From: an uncultured Rikenellaceae bacterium
GTDB taxonomy: Bacteria; Bacteroidota; Bacteroidia; Bacteroidales; VadinHA17
DNA length: 59,577 nt
Assembly (NCBI GenBank): GCA_964494045.1
Contig: CAZBQM010000005.1
Coordinates: forward strand, 1 to 59,577
Direction: 5' to 3'
In this document: piece by piece, positions 25,915-34,953 of the stretch
How positions within the stretch are numbered: the stretch's first letter is position 1
How the letters are laid out: each line of letters opens with the position of its first letter
Translations under genes and position numbers: made by a program
Notes under the pieces: generated by a model
The model's input: the letters and a program-made list of their open reading frames with translations, nothing else
Databases searched by the model: none
What the model was told of the DNA's origin: nothing

Positions 25915-27768
25915 TCACTTTGTTACGATTAGCCGGTTATAGGCAATAGTTTTGTTTCCTGCCCTGATAACCATTATGTATATTCCTTCGTGAAGAGAGG
26001 AAATATCTATTCTTTCTGTAAGTCTTTCCTTCAACATTTCCCTTCCGTGGAGATCAATGAAACTGACAAAGACCTCATCAGAAAGGAGCAGTTCGCCAGC
26101 ATCAATGTTAAGCCAGGCCGACGCAGGATTGGGCCAGATATTTAAGCTCCTCCTGGTATCTCCTGATGGTATATCGTCCACACCGGTACTGCCTGGTTTC
26201 GGACCCATAACCGGTCTGATCATTATGCTGCCTGTAACCTGCGACTGGTGCCAGTCTCCATTGAGCCAGTAGTACAGCCTGCCCATATTGCCTGTATTAA
26301 TGTCGTAGCCGACATTAAAAAACGTCTCGGACCTCTGTTTCCATCCCACCCAAAAAATATCATCAACCATCACCCCGTCGGGCAGCAGGTAAGTATGGAA
26401 ACCATTTATATTCTCTCCCTGTTCAACCATCACTTCCTCAAGTGTATACAGGATATTTCCCGGGCGACCGCCTGCATCATCCCATATCACCAGGTCGAAC
26501 AGCCTCTGGTTGGCATTCAGATAGCTGTCGTTAAAGCTGATGCTGACTGCCCTTATTGTATCCTGCATAAATGATTCGAACCTGCAGGCAACCATGGCAT
26601 TCCCTGAACCAAGGCCGTTGATGCCGTAGCCTCCCTCTGCCGAACCGTCATCGTAGGCAAAATAGTTACCGAAGACCTGTCTGTAAGTGAGAGTGTCGTT
26701 GTCCTTCGGATCAAAGTCATCGGTTTTAAGTATCGCCGTGACCTGGAAAAGGGCAGAATCGGCGGAGGGGGAGTTGAATGTATATATAAGTGCCGCATTA
26801 TAATCAACTTCTGTAAGGGGTGCGATATTGGTTGCACCGGCAGAAAAGTCATGAACTGTAATCCCGGAAGAGAGATCCCTGATGTTGAAAAGCCGGGTTA
26901 CATTCCTGACAATATTGTCATTGTTCCTGTAGCTGACCGGAATGAATGAGCCCATTTCCCTCAGATAGACCTGTCTGAACTGTTTCCATGGCATTGCTTC
27001 ATAAGTCTTTAGCAGCGATCTTAAGGGTCGCCTGAAAGCAACATCCTGGAAGACGGTATCGGCTCCGTTACGGCCACGGTCGAGCACGACGTAGTCGATA
27101 TTCCACTGGTCGCAGTTACCGGTCATCGACGGGTCGTTAAGATCAGGACTGAGGCTCGCGTAGTTGATGAACCTGAACCTGAATCCTCCCTGGAGAAACC
27201 TTGTGTCGTCGATCTTTATGATGGCAGCCTTGAATTTTTCGGGAAGCCCGGGGGCTTTCCAGGCCGAATACCATTTTCCCTCAAGAGGTGCATAGAATTG
27301 GATCACAAGCGAATCAGCGGGTTCAGGCTTGTCAGCCAGTCCGCCGGCCTGGTAGAAAAAACTGAGGTACACATTCTCCGACGGAAGGTAGTCGAGGTCG
27401 AGGGGTTGTGACGACAGATGGTCAGCTTCGAAAACGGCGGGAGACGAAGATTCATAAAGCCTTCCGTCCCCGCTGAGTGCATCCATGGTTGCCATTCCCT
27501 GGGTGATCTGGTCAAGTGAGTATGTATTGTTGACAAGAACATAGCTGTCGCTCCAGTATTTTTCGTCGGGCAGGAATGACGGCCCTGCGAAATCATCAAA
27601 AAAAGGAAGCTGAAGAGGCTCGGTTGAAAGGCCTTTTGACGAAGAAAGTGTATTTTTCCCCTGTGAGAAATGTCTGTCGTACTGAAGCCCACTGATTACT
27701 TCCTGTGCTTCCGTTGTTGTAAAAAGGAAGAAGAACAGGACAATATATGGGACAGTCTTTCTGAGCAT
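25915..27768 (-). CDS. T9SS type A sorting domain-containing protein
   Basis: Signal peptide; C-terminal IWPNPAS...IDISSLHEGIYIM...RLIVTK domain. ATG 27768 preferred over 27801. Confidence 0.8.
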   Translation of the reverse strand: MLRKTVPYIVLFFFLFTTTEAQEVISGLQYDRHFSQGKNTLSSSKGLSTEPLQLPFFDDFAGPSFLPDEKYWSDSYVLVNNTYSLDQITQGMATMDALSGDGRLYESSSPAVFEADHLSSQPLDLDYLPSENVYLSFFYQAGGLADKPEPADSLVIQFYAPLEGKWYSAWKAPGLPEKFKAAIIKIDDTRFLQGGFRFRFINYASLSPDLNDPSMTGNCDQWNIDYVVLDRGRNGADTVFQDVAFRRPLRSLLKTYEAMPWKQFRQVYLREMGSFIPVSYRNNDNIVRNVTRLFNIRDLSSGITVHDFSAGATNIAPLTEVDYNAALIYTFNSPSADSALFQVTAILKTDDFDPKDNDTLTYRQVFGNYFAYDDGSAEGGYGINGLGSGNAMVACRFESFMQDTIRAVSISFNDSYLNANQRLFDLVIWDDAGGRPGNILYTLEEVMVEQGENINGFHTYLLPDGVMVDDIFWVGWKQRSETFFNVGYDINTGNMGRLYYWLNGDWHQSQVTGSIMIRPVMGPKPGSTGVDDIPSGDTRRSLNIWPNPASAWLNIDAGELLLSDEVFVSFIDLHGREMLKERLTERIDISSLHEGIYIMVIRAGNKTIAYNRLIVTK

Positions 27769-27772
27769 CAGC

Positions 27773-28621
27773 TTAAAAGTTCTGATCCGTCGGTCCGTCA
27801 AGGAGAAGAGAATCAGCTGCTTCCGTCATTGATCCTGACGGAAGTCTGGCCGAATCAACAGTAAGCCAGAGATAAATGGAAGAGCCCAGCTGCAGCGAGA
27901 CATTTGAACTGAACTCGGGATTCTGTTTATACACGAAGGCATTTAAAGAATCTTCTGCTGTCTGGATTGAATTGTCGTATATGAAGGTGCCGAGGTTCAG
28001 CGATGCTGAAAGGATGCTGTTCCTTGCAGGTATGAGGTTTAATCCGATCAGGTCAGGGATCATGGTTCTCTGGTTGCTCAAACCCTTCCCGAGAACAAGA
28101 TCAATGACAGAACCTTCCTGCAGTAACTCACCGGCCATTATATCTTTCCCGTTATGCAACTGTTGAAGTACAACATCAACGGATATGTCGGGAACATACC
28201 TGAGTGAGCCTGTCTCCATACCCGAGCTTTCAATAAGGGCAAGGGCCTGTCTTTTTGGTAACTCGATAAGATCGGGCATCTCTACCATTTCAGGATTAAA
28301 GGCATTGATAGTGACTGCTATGGTTCTCCATTTTTTTACCTTCAACCCCGATTTGGGATGCTGTTCCGCAACACAACCCCGGTCTACAATATTCGTGTAC
28401 ACCGAATCACTGATCATGTATTTCAACTTGTTTTTTCTGGCAGTGCGTGTCACTTCTTCAATATCCATACCGGTAAAATCGGGGACAACTCTTGATTGAC
28501 CGTGACGGGTATAAATATTGAGCCATATAATGAGGAGCATGGCAATACCAACAATAATGGCCAATGCCAGTCCAAGATTCCTGATAAACACTTTGCTGAA
28601 AATAAAATTCTTAAGGCTCAT
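27773..28621 (-). CDS. PASTA domain protein (three repeats, N-terminal TM)
   Basis: VVPDFTGM, EMPDLIEL and MIPDLIGL repeat starts with Q.P motifs. Confidence 0.85.
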   Translation of the reverse strand: MSLKNFIFSKVFIRNLGLALAIIVGIAMLLIIWLNIYTRHGQSRVVPDFTGMDIEEVTRTARKNKLKYMISDSVYTNIVDRGCVAEQHPKSGLKVKKWRTIAVTINAFNPEMVEMPDLIELPKRQALALIESSGMETGSLRYVPDISVDVVLQQLHNGKDIMAGELLQEGSVIDLVLGKGLSNQRTMIPDLIGLNLIPARNSILSASLNLGTFIYDNSIQTAEDSLNAFVYKQNPEFSSNVSLQLGSSIYLWLTVDSARLPSGSMTEAADSLLLDGPTDQNF

Positions 28622-28646
28622 TTGGACTACATATGTTATATTAACG

Positions 28647-28654
28647 CAAATGTA
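28647..28654 (-). promoter_or_regulatory. -7 promoter element for the PASTA operon
   Basis: TACATTTG on the minus strand. Confidence 0.55.
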
Positions 28655-28663
28655 AGTATAAAA

Positions 28664-29770
28664 TTATTTTCCGACAGGATTGTACAGGGAGTCACGTTCC
28701 ACGGGAATATATCCGGCTTCACTGATCAGCTTGCTTATTTCGTCAGTCGACATTGCCGGGTTCTCATCACAGGCACCGGCCATCGAGTAGATCTTTGTTG
28801 TGTCGTCGATGGTTCCATCCATATCGTCAGCTCCGAATGAGAGGGCGATCTGGGCTATTGCTTTACCTGTCATGGGCCAGTAGGCCTTTATATGCGGGAT
28901 ATTGTCGAGGAAGATCCTGGCGACCGCATAGTTCCTGAGGTCTTCGATGATACTTACCTCGCCAAGCTCCGACATCGGGTTATTCTTCTTCCTGTATTTG
29001 AGTGGTATGAAAGCATTGAAACCACCGGTTTTGTCCTGGAGGTCCCTTAACCTTTGCATATGATCGATACGGTGTGAATAATCTTCAATGTGACCGTAAA
29101 GCATGGTGGCATTGGAGGGGATACCATTCATGTGGGCAGTCTCATGTATCTTAAGCCACAGGTCGGAACTGGTCTTTTCGGGACAGATCCTGCGGCGTAT
29201 TTCTTTATCAAAGATCTCGGCCCCGCCACCGGGAATTGAATCGAGCCCGTATTCCTTCAGGATTCTGAGTCCTTCATCAACAGAAATTCCTGCTATCCTG
29301 ATCATGTAATCAAGTTCAACAGCTGAGAAAGCCTTGATATGGATACCAGGGCGGTGTTTTCTGATCATCTCCACGATCCGGCCATAGTAATGAAGGTCGT
29401 GTGATGGATGCACGGCGCCCACTATGTGAACTTCAGTCACAGGTTTCCCATCAAAGCGCCTGACGATATCGAGTATCTCTTCCGGATTGTATTCCCAGCT
29501 TTCAGGGTCACCGGCATTTTTATGGTAGGAACAGAACCTGCAGTTGTAAATGCACCTGTTTGTCGGTTCTATATGGAAATTACGGTTAAAGAAGGCGTAT
29601 CTGCCGTTTCTGCTTTCTCTCATATGACTGGCAAGGAGACCAAGCAGAGGCAATTGGGCTGTGGTATAAAGGATCATTCCTTCTTCCCCGGTTATCCTTT
29701 TGCCGTCAAACACTTTTCGGGCAATGTCGCTTAACTCCCGGCCCTCAATATGTTGAATTAATTCAGTCAT
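28664..29770 (-). CDS. mqnE: aminofutalosine synthase (radical SAM, CofH/MqnE family)
   Basis: CIYNCRFC motif, HIKAFSAVE, SIPGGGAEIF, NATMLYGHIE, HIKAYW. Confidence 0.85.
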   Translation of the reverse strand: MTELIQHIEGRELSDIARKVFDGKRITGEEGMILYTTAQLPLLGLLASHMRESRNGRYAFFNRNFHIEPTNRCIYNCRFCSYHKNAGDPESWEYNPEEILDIVRRFDGKPVTEVHIVGAVHPSHDLHYYGRIVEMIRKHRPGIHIKAFSAVELDYMIRIAGISVDEGLRILKEYGLDSIPGGGAEIFDKEIRRRICPEKTSSDLWLKIHETAHMNGIPSNATMLYGHIEDYSHRIDHMQRLRDLQDKTGGFNAFIPLKYRKKNNPMSELGEVSIIEDLRNYAVARIFLDNIPHIKAYWPMTGKAIAQIALSFGADDMDGTIDDTTKIYSMAGACDENPAMSTDEISKLISEAGYIPVERDSLYNPVGK

Positions 29771-29786
29771 TGATTTTTCTGACAGG

Positions 29787-29794
29787 CAAAGTTA
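29787..29794 (-). promoter_or_regulatory. -7 promoter element for mqnE
   Basis: TAACTTTG on the minus strand. Confidence 0.55.
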
Positions 29795-29818
29795 AGTAAT
29801 AATGTTAACCATAAAATA

Positions 29819-29854
29819 AAAGAAAGGTGCTCATTTATCTGAACACCTTTCTTT
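29819..29854 (-). terminator. probable intrinsic terminator after rpmH
   Basis: AAAGAAAGGTG...CACCTTTCTTT inverted repeat with A-rich flank (T-rich on the minus strand). Confidence 0.65.
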
Positions 29855-29877
29855 ATTAGATTTAAGTAAAGGTAATG

Positions 29878-30033
29878 TCATTTTAGCTTAAGCTCAGGAG
29901 AAACTGAAAGTTTTTTCCTCCCTTTGGCCCTGCGGGCAGCAAGTACCCTTCTGCCATTCGGGGTGGACATTCTTTCTCTGAATCCATGCTTATTTGCTCT
30001 TTTCCTTCTTGATGGCTGAAATGTCCTTTTCAT
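29878..30033 (-). CDS. rpmH: 50S ribosomal protein L34 (absent from ORF track)
   Basis: Manual translation [51 protein letters not shown], 51 aa. Confidence 0.98.
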   Translation of the reverse strand: MKRTFQPSRRKRANKHGFRERMSTPNGRRVLAARRAKGRKKLSVSPELKLK

Positions 30034-30075
30034 AAACAGAAATATTTAATATCAGTACTCCTTTATTTGAGATCG

Positions 30076-30083
30076 CAAAGATA
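30076..30083 (-). promoter_or_regulatory. -7 promoter element for rpmH
   Basis: TATCTTTG on the minus strand. Confidence 0.6.
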
Positions 30084-30131
30084 GAATCTTTTTTTAAAAA
30101 AAAATATGCAGCGGGTTTTTTTTTAATAAAA

Positions 30132-30755
30132 TCAGACCGGCAGGTGCAGTATCTTCTTGGTGATAAAGAAAGGTTCGCTGAAAAAATTGCTGATATCCCA
30201 TATTTTAAGTCTGGTTCCAAAGAAAGCAAGGTCGTCTGATACATCTCCACCCTTAAGGTAAAGAATTCCGTTGCCTATACTGTTTCTGTCGTTTTTTACA
30301 ATTCGGCCTTTCGTCAGCCTTACAAAATCAGGGAAGGAACTAACCGCCCTGCTTGTTACAAAGTCGTAGTTTCCCTTATCCTCTTCGACCCGTCTCCTTA
30401 AAGGTATTACATTTTCAAGCTTTAATTCCCTGCTTACCGAATCCACAACCATGATTTTTTTCCCGATCGAATCGAGAAGGGTAAATTCAGCAGCGGGAAA
30501 AAGAATGGCCAGGGGTATGCCCGGGAATCCTCCACCGGTGCCGGCATCAAGTACACGGGTGCCGGGGACAAAACTGACAACCTTTGCAATGGCAAGGGAA
30601 TGCAGAACATGATGGATATGGAAATTATCCATATCCTTTCGGGAAATAACATTTATCTTCCTGTTCCATTCTTCATAGAGTTCTCTCAGCGCTGAGAATT
30701 GTGAGATCTGGGTATCAGAAAGAGAAGGGAAGTATCGGGAGATAAATTCAGGCAT
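30132..30755 (-). CDS. rsmG: 16S rRNA m7G527 methyltransferase
   Basis: WN.KINVISR, H.LHSL, LDAGTGGGFPGIPLAI, SRAV, LYLKG. Confidence 0.95.
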   Translation of the reverse strand: MPEFISRYFPSLSDTQISQFSALRELYEEWNRKINVISRKDMDNFHIHHVLHSLAIAKVVSFVPGTRVLDAGTGGGFPGIPLAILFPAAEFTLLDSIGKKIMVVDSVSRELKLENVIPLRRRVEEDKGNYDFVTSRAVSSFPDFVRLTKGRIVKNDRNSIGNGILYLKGGDVSDDLAFFGTRLKIWDISNFFSEPFFITKKILHLPV

Positions 30756-31351
30756 TATCTGTTTCCTGTTTTAACGAAGATGTTGTAAAGCAGCGATTTG
30801 GCACGGAAAAGCTGAGCCTTGACCGTCCCGATGGGCAGGTTAAGCTCCGAGGATATCTCTTCGTATGAGTATTCCTTAAAGTACCTGAGTTCTATAAGGT
30901 CCCTGTATCCCGGTTTGAGCTGGTTGACTATTTCCCTCAGAACGGCAATCTTCTGGTCGTTAATGAGAGCTTCTTCAGGATCGGGAAGGTCGGATTGGAT
31001 ATTGACTGTAAGATTATCGATATCATCCTGGAACTGATCGAGGGGGGCAGGGGATACCTGCTTTTTCCGGATGAAGTCGATACAATTATTTGTAGCTATC
31101 TTGAAGAGCCATGTGCTGAAGGCAAAGTCCGGAGTAAAAGAGTCAAGGTTCCTGAAAGCCTTTCCAAAAGCCTCGATTGTCAGGTCTTCGGCATCAGCGG
31201 CGTTGTTGACCATCTTCAGAAGCATGAAGTAAATTGAATCGCGGTACCTGTTCATCAGGCTGGCAAAAGCTTTCTCGTTCCCCTCCTGTGCCTTCTGCAC
31301 AAGAGCGAGATCATTCCTGGCTTTTTCAGACAATCCGTTTGTTACTTCCAT
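30755..31351 (-). CDS. ECF RNA polymerase sigma factor
   Basis: DAEDLTIEAF, FSTWLFKIATNNCIDFIRK, YSYEEIS..L.LPIGTVKAQLFRA. Confidence 0.92.
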   Translation of the reverse strand: MEVTNGLSEKARNDLALVQKAQEGNEKAFASLMNRYRDSIYFMLLKMVNNAADAEDLTIEAFGKAFRNLDSFTPDFAFSTWLFKIATNNCIDFIRKKQVSPAPLDQFQDDIDNLTVNIQSDLPDPEEALINDQKIAVLREIVNQLKPGYRDLIELRYFKEYSYEEISSELNLPIGTVKAQLFRAKSLLYNIFVKTGNR

Positions 31352-32472
31352 TTATCCTGCCCTGACTTGTCAAGTATATTTGCAAGATATACTGTTCCGT
31401 TCAACAAGGGTGAAAAGATATCAAAAATAAGCGAAAAAGCTATAAGCCCTTTCTCATTAAGCCTTTGTGAGGCTTTGGTAAACACAATTATCTGCACAAT
31501 CAGTCTTATCAGAAACAATGCTGCAACAGTCTGCCAGAGAAAGAGCATGCTCAACAGGGCAGCAAATGTTATGTAGAAGATGATGCGTGAAACAGTTTCT
31601 GCAAGAAGCAGTATCTTATGCGATTGCCTGTAGTGTTTTGCCGTAGTAAGGTGACGGCGTTTCTGTCTGAACCACTTTTGGAAGTCAGAGGCAGGTACCG
31701 ATCGGGTATGTGTGGCATGTGAAAATTCCACGGCAGTATTTTTGCCTGATGCGTTGGCATTAACAAAGAGATCGTCATCACCGGAGATAACATAGTTATG
31801 GGAACTGAATCCCTTGTTCCTGAAGAAAACGGATTTTTTATAAGCCAGGTTCCGGCCGACACCCATATAGGGCAGGCCCCTTATTGCCATCCCAAGGTAT
31901 TGCATGGCAATGGTCATGCAGTCGTACCTGATATAGCGGTTTAACAGTCCTCTTTTCTTAAAGAAACCTCCATAACCAAGAACGAAATCAGTCTTTTCGC
32001 TGAAATGAGCGGCCATACCCGAAATCCAGTCTGGTGATACAGGCTGGCAGTCGGCATCAGTGAATAACAGGTATTCATTGGTGGCAGCTTTTATTCCAAT
32101 AAACTGGGCAAATTTCTTGTTATGAGTGAATTTCGGGTCTTTCTGAACTGTTGATACTCTCAGATGCGGATACCTGGGTAAAAGCTCGCCCAGCACCTCA
32201 AAGGTATTATCTTCGGAACAGTCGTTTACCACAATGACCTCATAGTCGGGATAATCCTGGCTGAGCACCGAAGGAAGAAAGGCCCTCAGGTTGTCTTCTT
32301 CATTTCTTGCACAGATGATAACTGAGACGGGCTCCTTTTTACCAGGCTCTCCTTCTGACCTTTTCTTAAGGATGGCCAGGTAGAAATAAAGGTAGTAGAA
32401 TAGCTGAACAGCAGAAGTAAGTCCGAAGATTGCGAAAACGATCAATAGGAAAAGATGTTCCCTTGTTGCCAT
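31342..32472 (-). CDS. membrane glycosyltransferase family 2
   Basis: SVIICARNE, VVND.SED, FTDADC, GDDD, RQKRRH, flanking TMs. Confidence 0.88.
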   Translation of the reverse strand: MATREHLFLLIVFAIFGLTSAVQLFYYLYFYLAILKKRSEGEPGKKEPVSVIICARNEEDNLRAFLPSVLSQDYPDYEVIVVNDCSEDNTFEVLGELLPRYPHLRVSTVQKDPKFTHNKKFAQFIGIKAATNEYLLFTDADCQPVSPDWISGMAAHFSEKTDFVLGYGGFFKKRGLLNRYIRYDCMTIAMQYLGMAIRGLPYMGVGRNLAYKKSVFFRNKGFSSHNYVISGDDDLFVNANASGKNTAVEFSHATHTRSVPASDFQKWFRQKRRHLTTAKHYRQSHKILLLAETVSRIIFYITFAALLSMLFLWQTVAALFLIRLIVQIIVFTKASQRLNEKGLIAFSLIFDIFSPLLNGTVYLANILDKSGQDKWK

Positions 32473-32609
32473 TTACCTTCCAAATATGGCAGCAATATTA
32501 ATAAGATAATCTGAATGCAGAAAATGAGTTTTCAACAATCATCAGTTTCTGTCATCAAACAGCAGGGAAAAAATACCGCTTTTATTTTTACACGGCATGA
32601 TGAATCGAT

Positions 32610-32617
32610 TACCTTTG
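32610..32617 (+). promoter_or_regulatory. -7 promoter element for tgt
   Basis: TACCTTTG. Confidence 0.55.
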
Positions 32618-32642
32618 TGCTGCTAAAATTTTAACAGATTGT

Positions 32643-33770
32643 ATGTTTGCTGTAGTCAAAAGAGACGGGGAAAGCAAGGCCAGGGCAGGTATATTGAAAA
32701 CAGCCCACGGGGATATCCCGACTCCGGTTTTTATGCCGGTCGGAACCGCGGGCACAGTAAAGGGTATCCTTCAGAGGGATCTGGTCAGTGAGATAGGAGC
32801 CTGGATCATTCTGGGCAATACATACCATCTTTACCTGCGTCCGGGCATCACTGTAATGAAAGAGGCCGGAGGTCTGCACAAATTCATGAGTTGGGAAAGG
32901 CCGCTCCTCACCGACAGCGGAGGTTACCAGGTGTTTTCGCTTGCCGGGAACAGAAAACTCACTGAAGAAGGAGCCATATTCAGATCCCATATCGACGGAT
33001 CGAAACACTTTTTCACCCCCGAGAACACAGTCGACATTCAGAGAATAATTGGTGCGGATATCATAATGGCCTTTGATGAATGTGCACCTTTCCCATGTGA
33101 ATACAACTATGCAAGGAAATCGGTCGAACTTACACACAAATGGCTCGACAGGGCTGTGGCAAGGTACCGCCAGACAGAACCGGTATGGGGCCACGGGCAA
33201 TTTCTCTTTCCGATTGTCCAGGGCAGCACTTTTGAGGATCTGAGAAAGAAGTCGGCCGAGAAGGTAGCTTCAGCCGGCATGGAGGGAAACGCAATAGGCG
33301 GGTTGTCGGTTGGTGAACCAGCAGAAGAGATGTACAGGATGATTGAAACGGTTAATGACATACTTCCTGAGGACAAGCCACGTTACCTTATGGGTGTCGG
33401 TACCCCTGTAAATATCCTTGAAGCCATCGACAGAGGGATCGATATGTTCGACTGCGTGATGCCTACAAGAAACGGAAGAAACGGAATGCTTTTTACAGGT
33501 GAGGGGATCATAAATATCAGGAACAGGAAATGGATAAACGACTTCTCTCCAATAGATCCTGACGGACCCTCGGATGTAAGCCTTAATTATTCAAAGGCTT
33601 ATCTCCGACATCTCATAATATCGGGTGAGATACTGGGATCTCAGATTTCAAGTATTCATAATCTGGCTTTTTATCTGAAACTGGTAGGAGAAGCCAGAAA
33701 AAAGATTGAAGAAGGTGATTTTAAAAGATGGAAAAACACGATGGTAAAAAAACTCTCAGAGAGGTTATAG
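32643..33770 (+). CDS. tgt: tRNA-guanine transglycosylase
   Basis: TPVFMPVGT, NTYHL, DSGGYQVFSL, AFDEC, GGLSVGE, YLMGVG, DMFDCVMPTRN. Confidence 0.96.
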   Translation: MFAVVKRDGESKARAGILKTAHGDIPTPVFMPVGTAGTVKGILQRDLVSEIGAWIILGNTYHLYLRPGITVMKEAGGLHKFMSWERPLLTDSGGYQVFSLAGNRKLTEEGAIFRSHIDGSKHFFTPENTVDIQRIIGADIIMAFDECAPFPCEYNYARKSVELTHKWLDRAVARYRQTEPVWGHGQFLFPIVQGSTFEDLRKKSAEKVASAGMEGNAIGGLSVGEPAEEMYRMIETVNDILPEDKPRYLMGVGTPVNILEAIDRGIDMFDCVMPTRNGRNGMLFTGEGIINIRNRKWINDFSPIDPDGPSDVSLNYSKAYLRHLIISGEILGSQISSIHNLAFYLKLVGEARKKIEEGDFKRWKNTMVKKLSERL

Positions 33771-34864
33771 GTTCCCTGAGAATCAAGATTATTGATGTTT
33801 ACATTATCAGGAAATTTCTTGGTACCTTCTTCTTTTCCCTGGTGTTGATACTGACTATTGCCGTTGTTTTCGACTTTGCCGAGAAGATTGACAACTTCAT
33901 GGAGCGTGAAGCTCCTGTAAGAGCTATCATTTTTGATTACTATTTTAATTTCATCCCGTATTTCGCAACGCTTTTTGCACCTCTTTTCGTCTTTATCTCT
34001 GTTATCTTCTTCACATCGAAGATGGCCGTGAACACCGAAATAATTGCCATCCTCAACAGTGGAACCAGCTTCAGAAGGATGCTGCTTCCGTATTTTATTT
34101 CAGCCTTTGTGATTGCATTATTATCTTTTGTCCTGACAAACTTCGTGATCCCCCAGGCAAACCTTAAAAGGATGGATTTTGAGGACAAGTATTACAGATC
34201 GGCCAGCAGAAAGGTCCCGATGATGAATATCCACAGGCAGGTCGCCAGGAACGTTCTTATCTTTATGGAGTCATTTAATCAGATAAGCCAGACGGGAAGG
34301 AACTTCACCATTGAGAAATTCTCTGATTCCGGAATGCTTGAATCCAAGCTTAGCGCCCCGGTTATCAGGTGGGATTCTACAATCAGCAAATGGTCGGTGA
34401 TGAATTACAATGTAAGGGAGATAAAGGATCTTGAAGAAACTATATCAAAAGGCGATAAGATTGATACGACCCTGGCAATAACCCCCAAGGATTTCTCAAG
34501 GGATCCGGGTTTTGTTGGCACCATGACCTACAGGGAGTTGAATGATTATATCGACCTGCTGCGCTTGCAGGGCTCGGACGAACTTAAGCTGTTCCTTATA
34601 GAGAAACACCGGCGTATCTCAAACCCTTTTGCCGTTTTTATCCTTACTCTAATCGGGGTATCCCTTTCTTCAAAGAAGGTGAGGGGAGGAATAGGCATGA
34701 ATATCGGAATAGGACTCGGACTCAGTTTTTCATATATCCTGTTCCTTCAGTTTGCTTCGCAGTTTTCGCTTAAGGGTAACCTTGGACCAATGCTTGCTAT
34801 GTGGATCCCGAACATAATGTATGCGGTCATTGCATTTGTCCTTTACAGGATGGCTCCCAAATGA
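33728..34864 (+). CDS. LptF/LptG family LPS export permease
   Basis: IIDVYIIRKFL, EIIAILNSG.SF.R.L.P, AMWIPN motifs; true start may be a little downstream. Confidence 0.88.
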   Translation: MEKHDGKKTLREVIGSLRIKIIDVYIIRKFLGTFFFSLVLILTIAVVFDFAEKIDNFMEREAPVRAIIFDYYFNFIPYFATLFAPLFVFISVIFFTSKMAVNTEIIAILNSGTSFRRMLLPYFISAFVIALLSFVLTNFVIPQANLKRMDFEDKYYRSASRKVPMMNIHRQVARNVLIFMESFNQISQTGRNFTIEKFSDSGMLESKLSAPVIRWDSTISKWSVMNYNVREIKDLEETISKGDKIDTTLAITPKDFSRDPGFVGTMTYRELNDYIDLLRLQGSDELKLFLIEKHRRISNPFAVFILTLIGVSLSSKKVRGGIGMNIGIGLGLSFSYILFLQFASQFSLKGNLGPMLAMWIPNIMYAVIAFVLYRMAPK

Positions 34865-34953
34865 TGCATTGCATATGTTGAATGAGGAAGCATGAGTTTT
34901 TTACTTTTTTAGTAAGATGAATTAGTTAATTTAGCAGGCCAAAAATTACTTCT

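Noticed and set aside
30089-30124. T7/A9/T9 homopolymer tracts as a phase-variation switch
   Set aside because: Intergenic, upstream of an essential ribosomal gene; more likely promoter or terminator context.
29990-30250. 86-aa ORF from the track
   Set aside because: Overlaps rpmH and rsmG in other frames and crosses homopolymer tracts; a shadow ORF.
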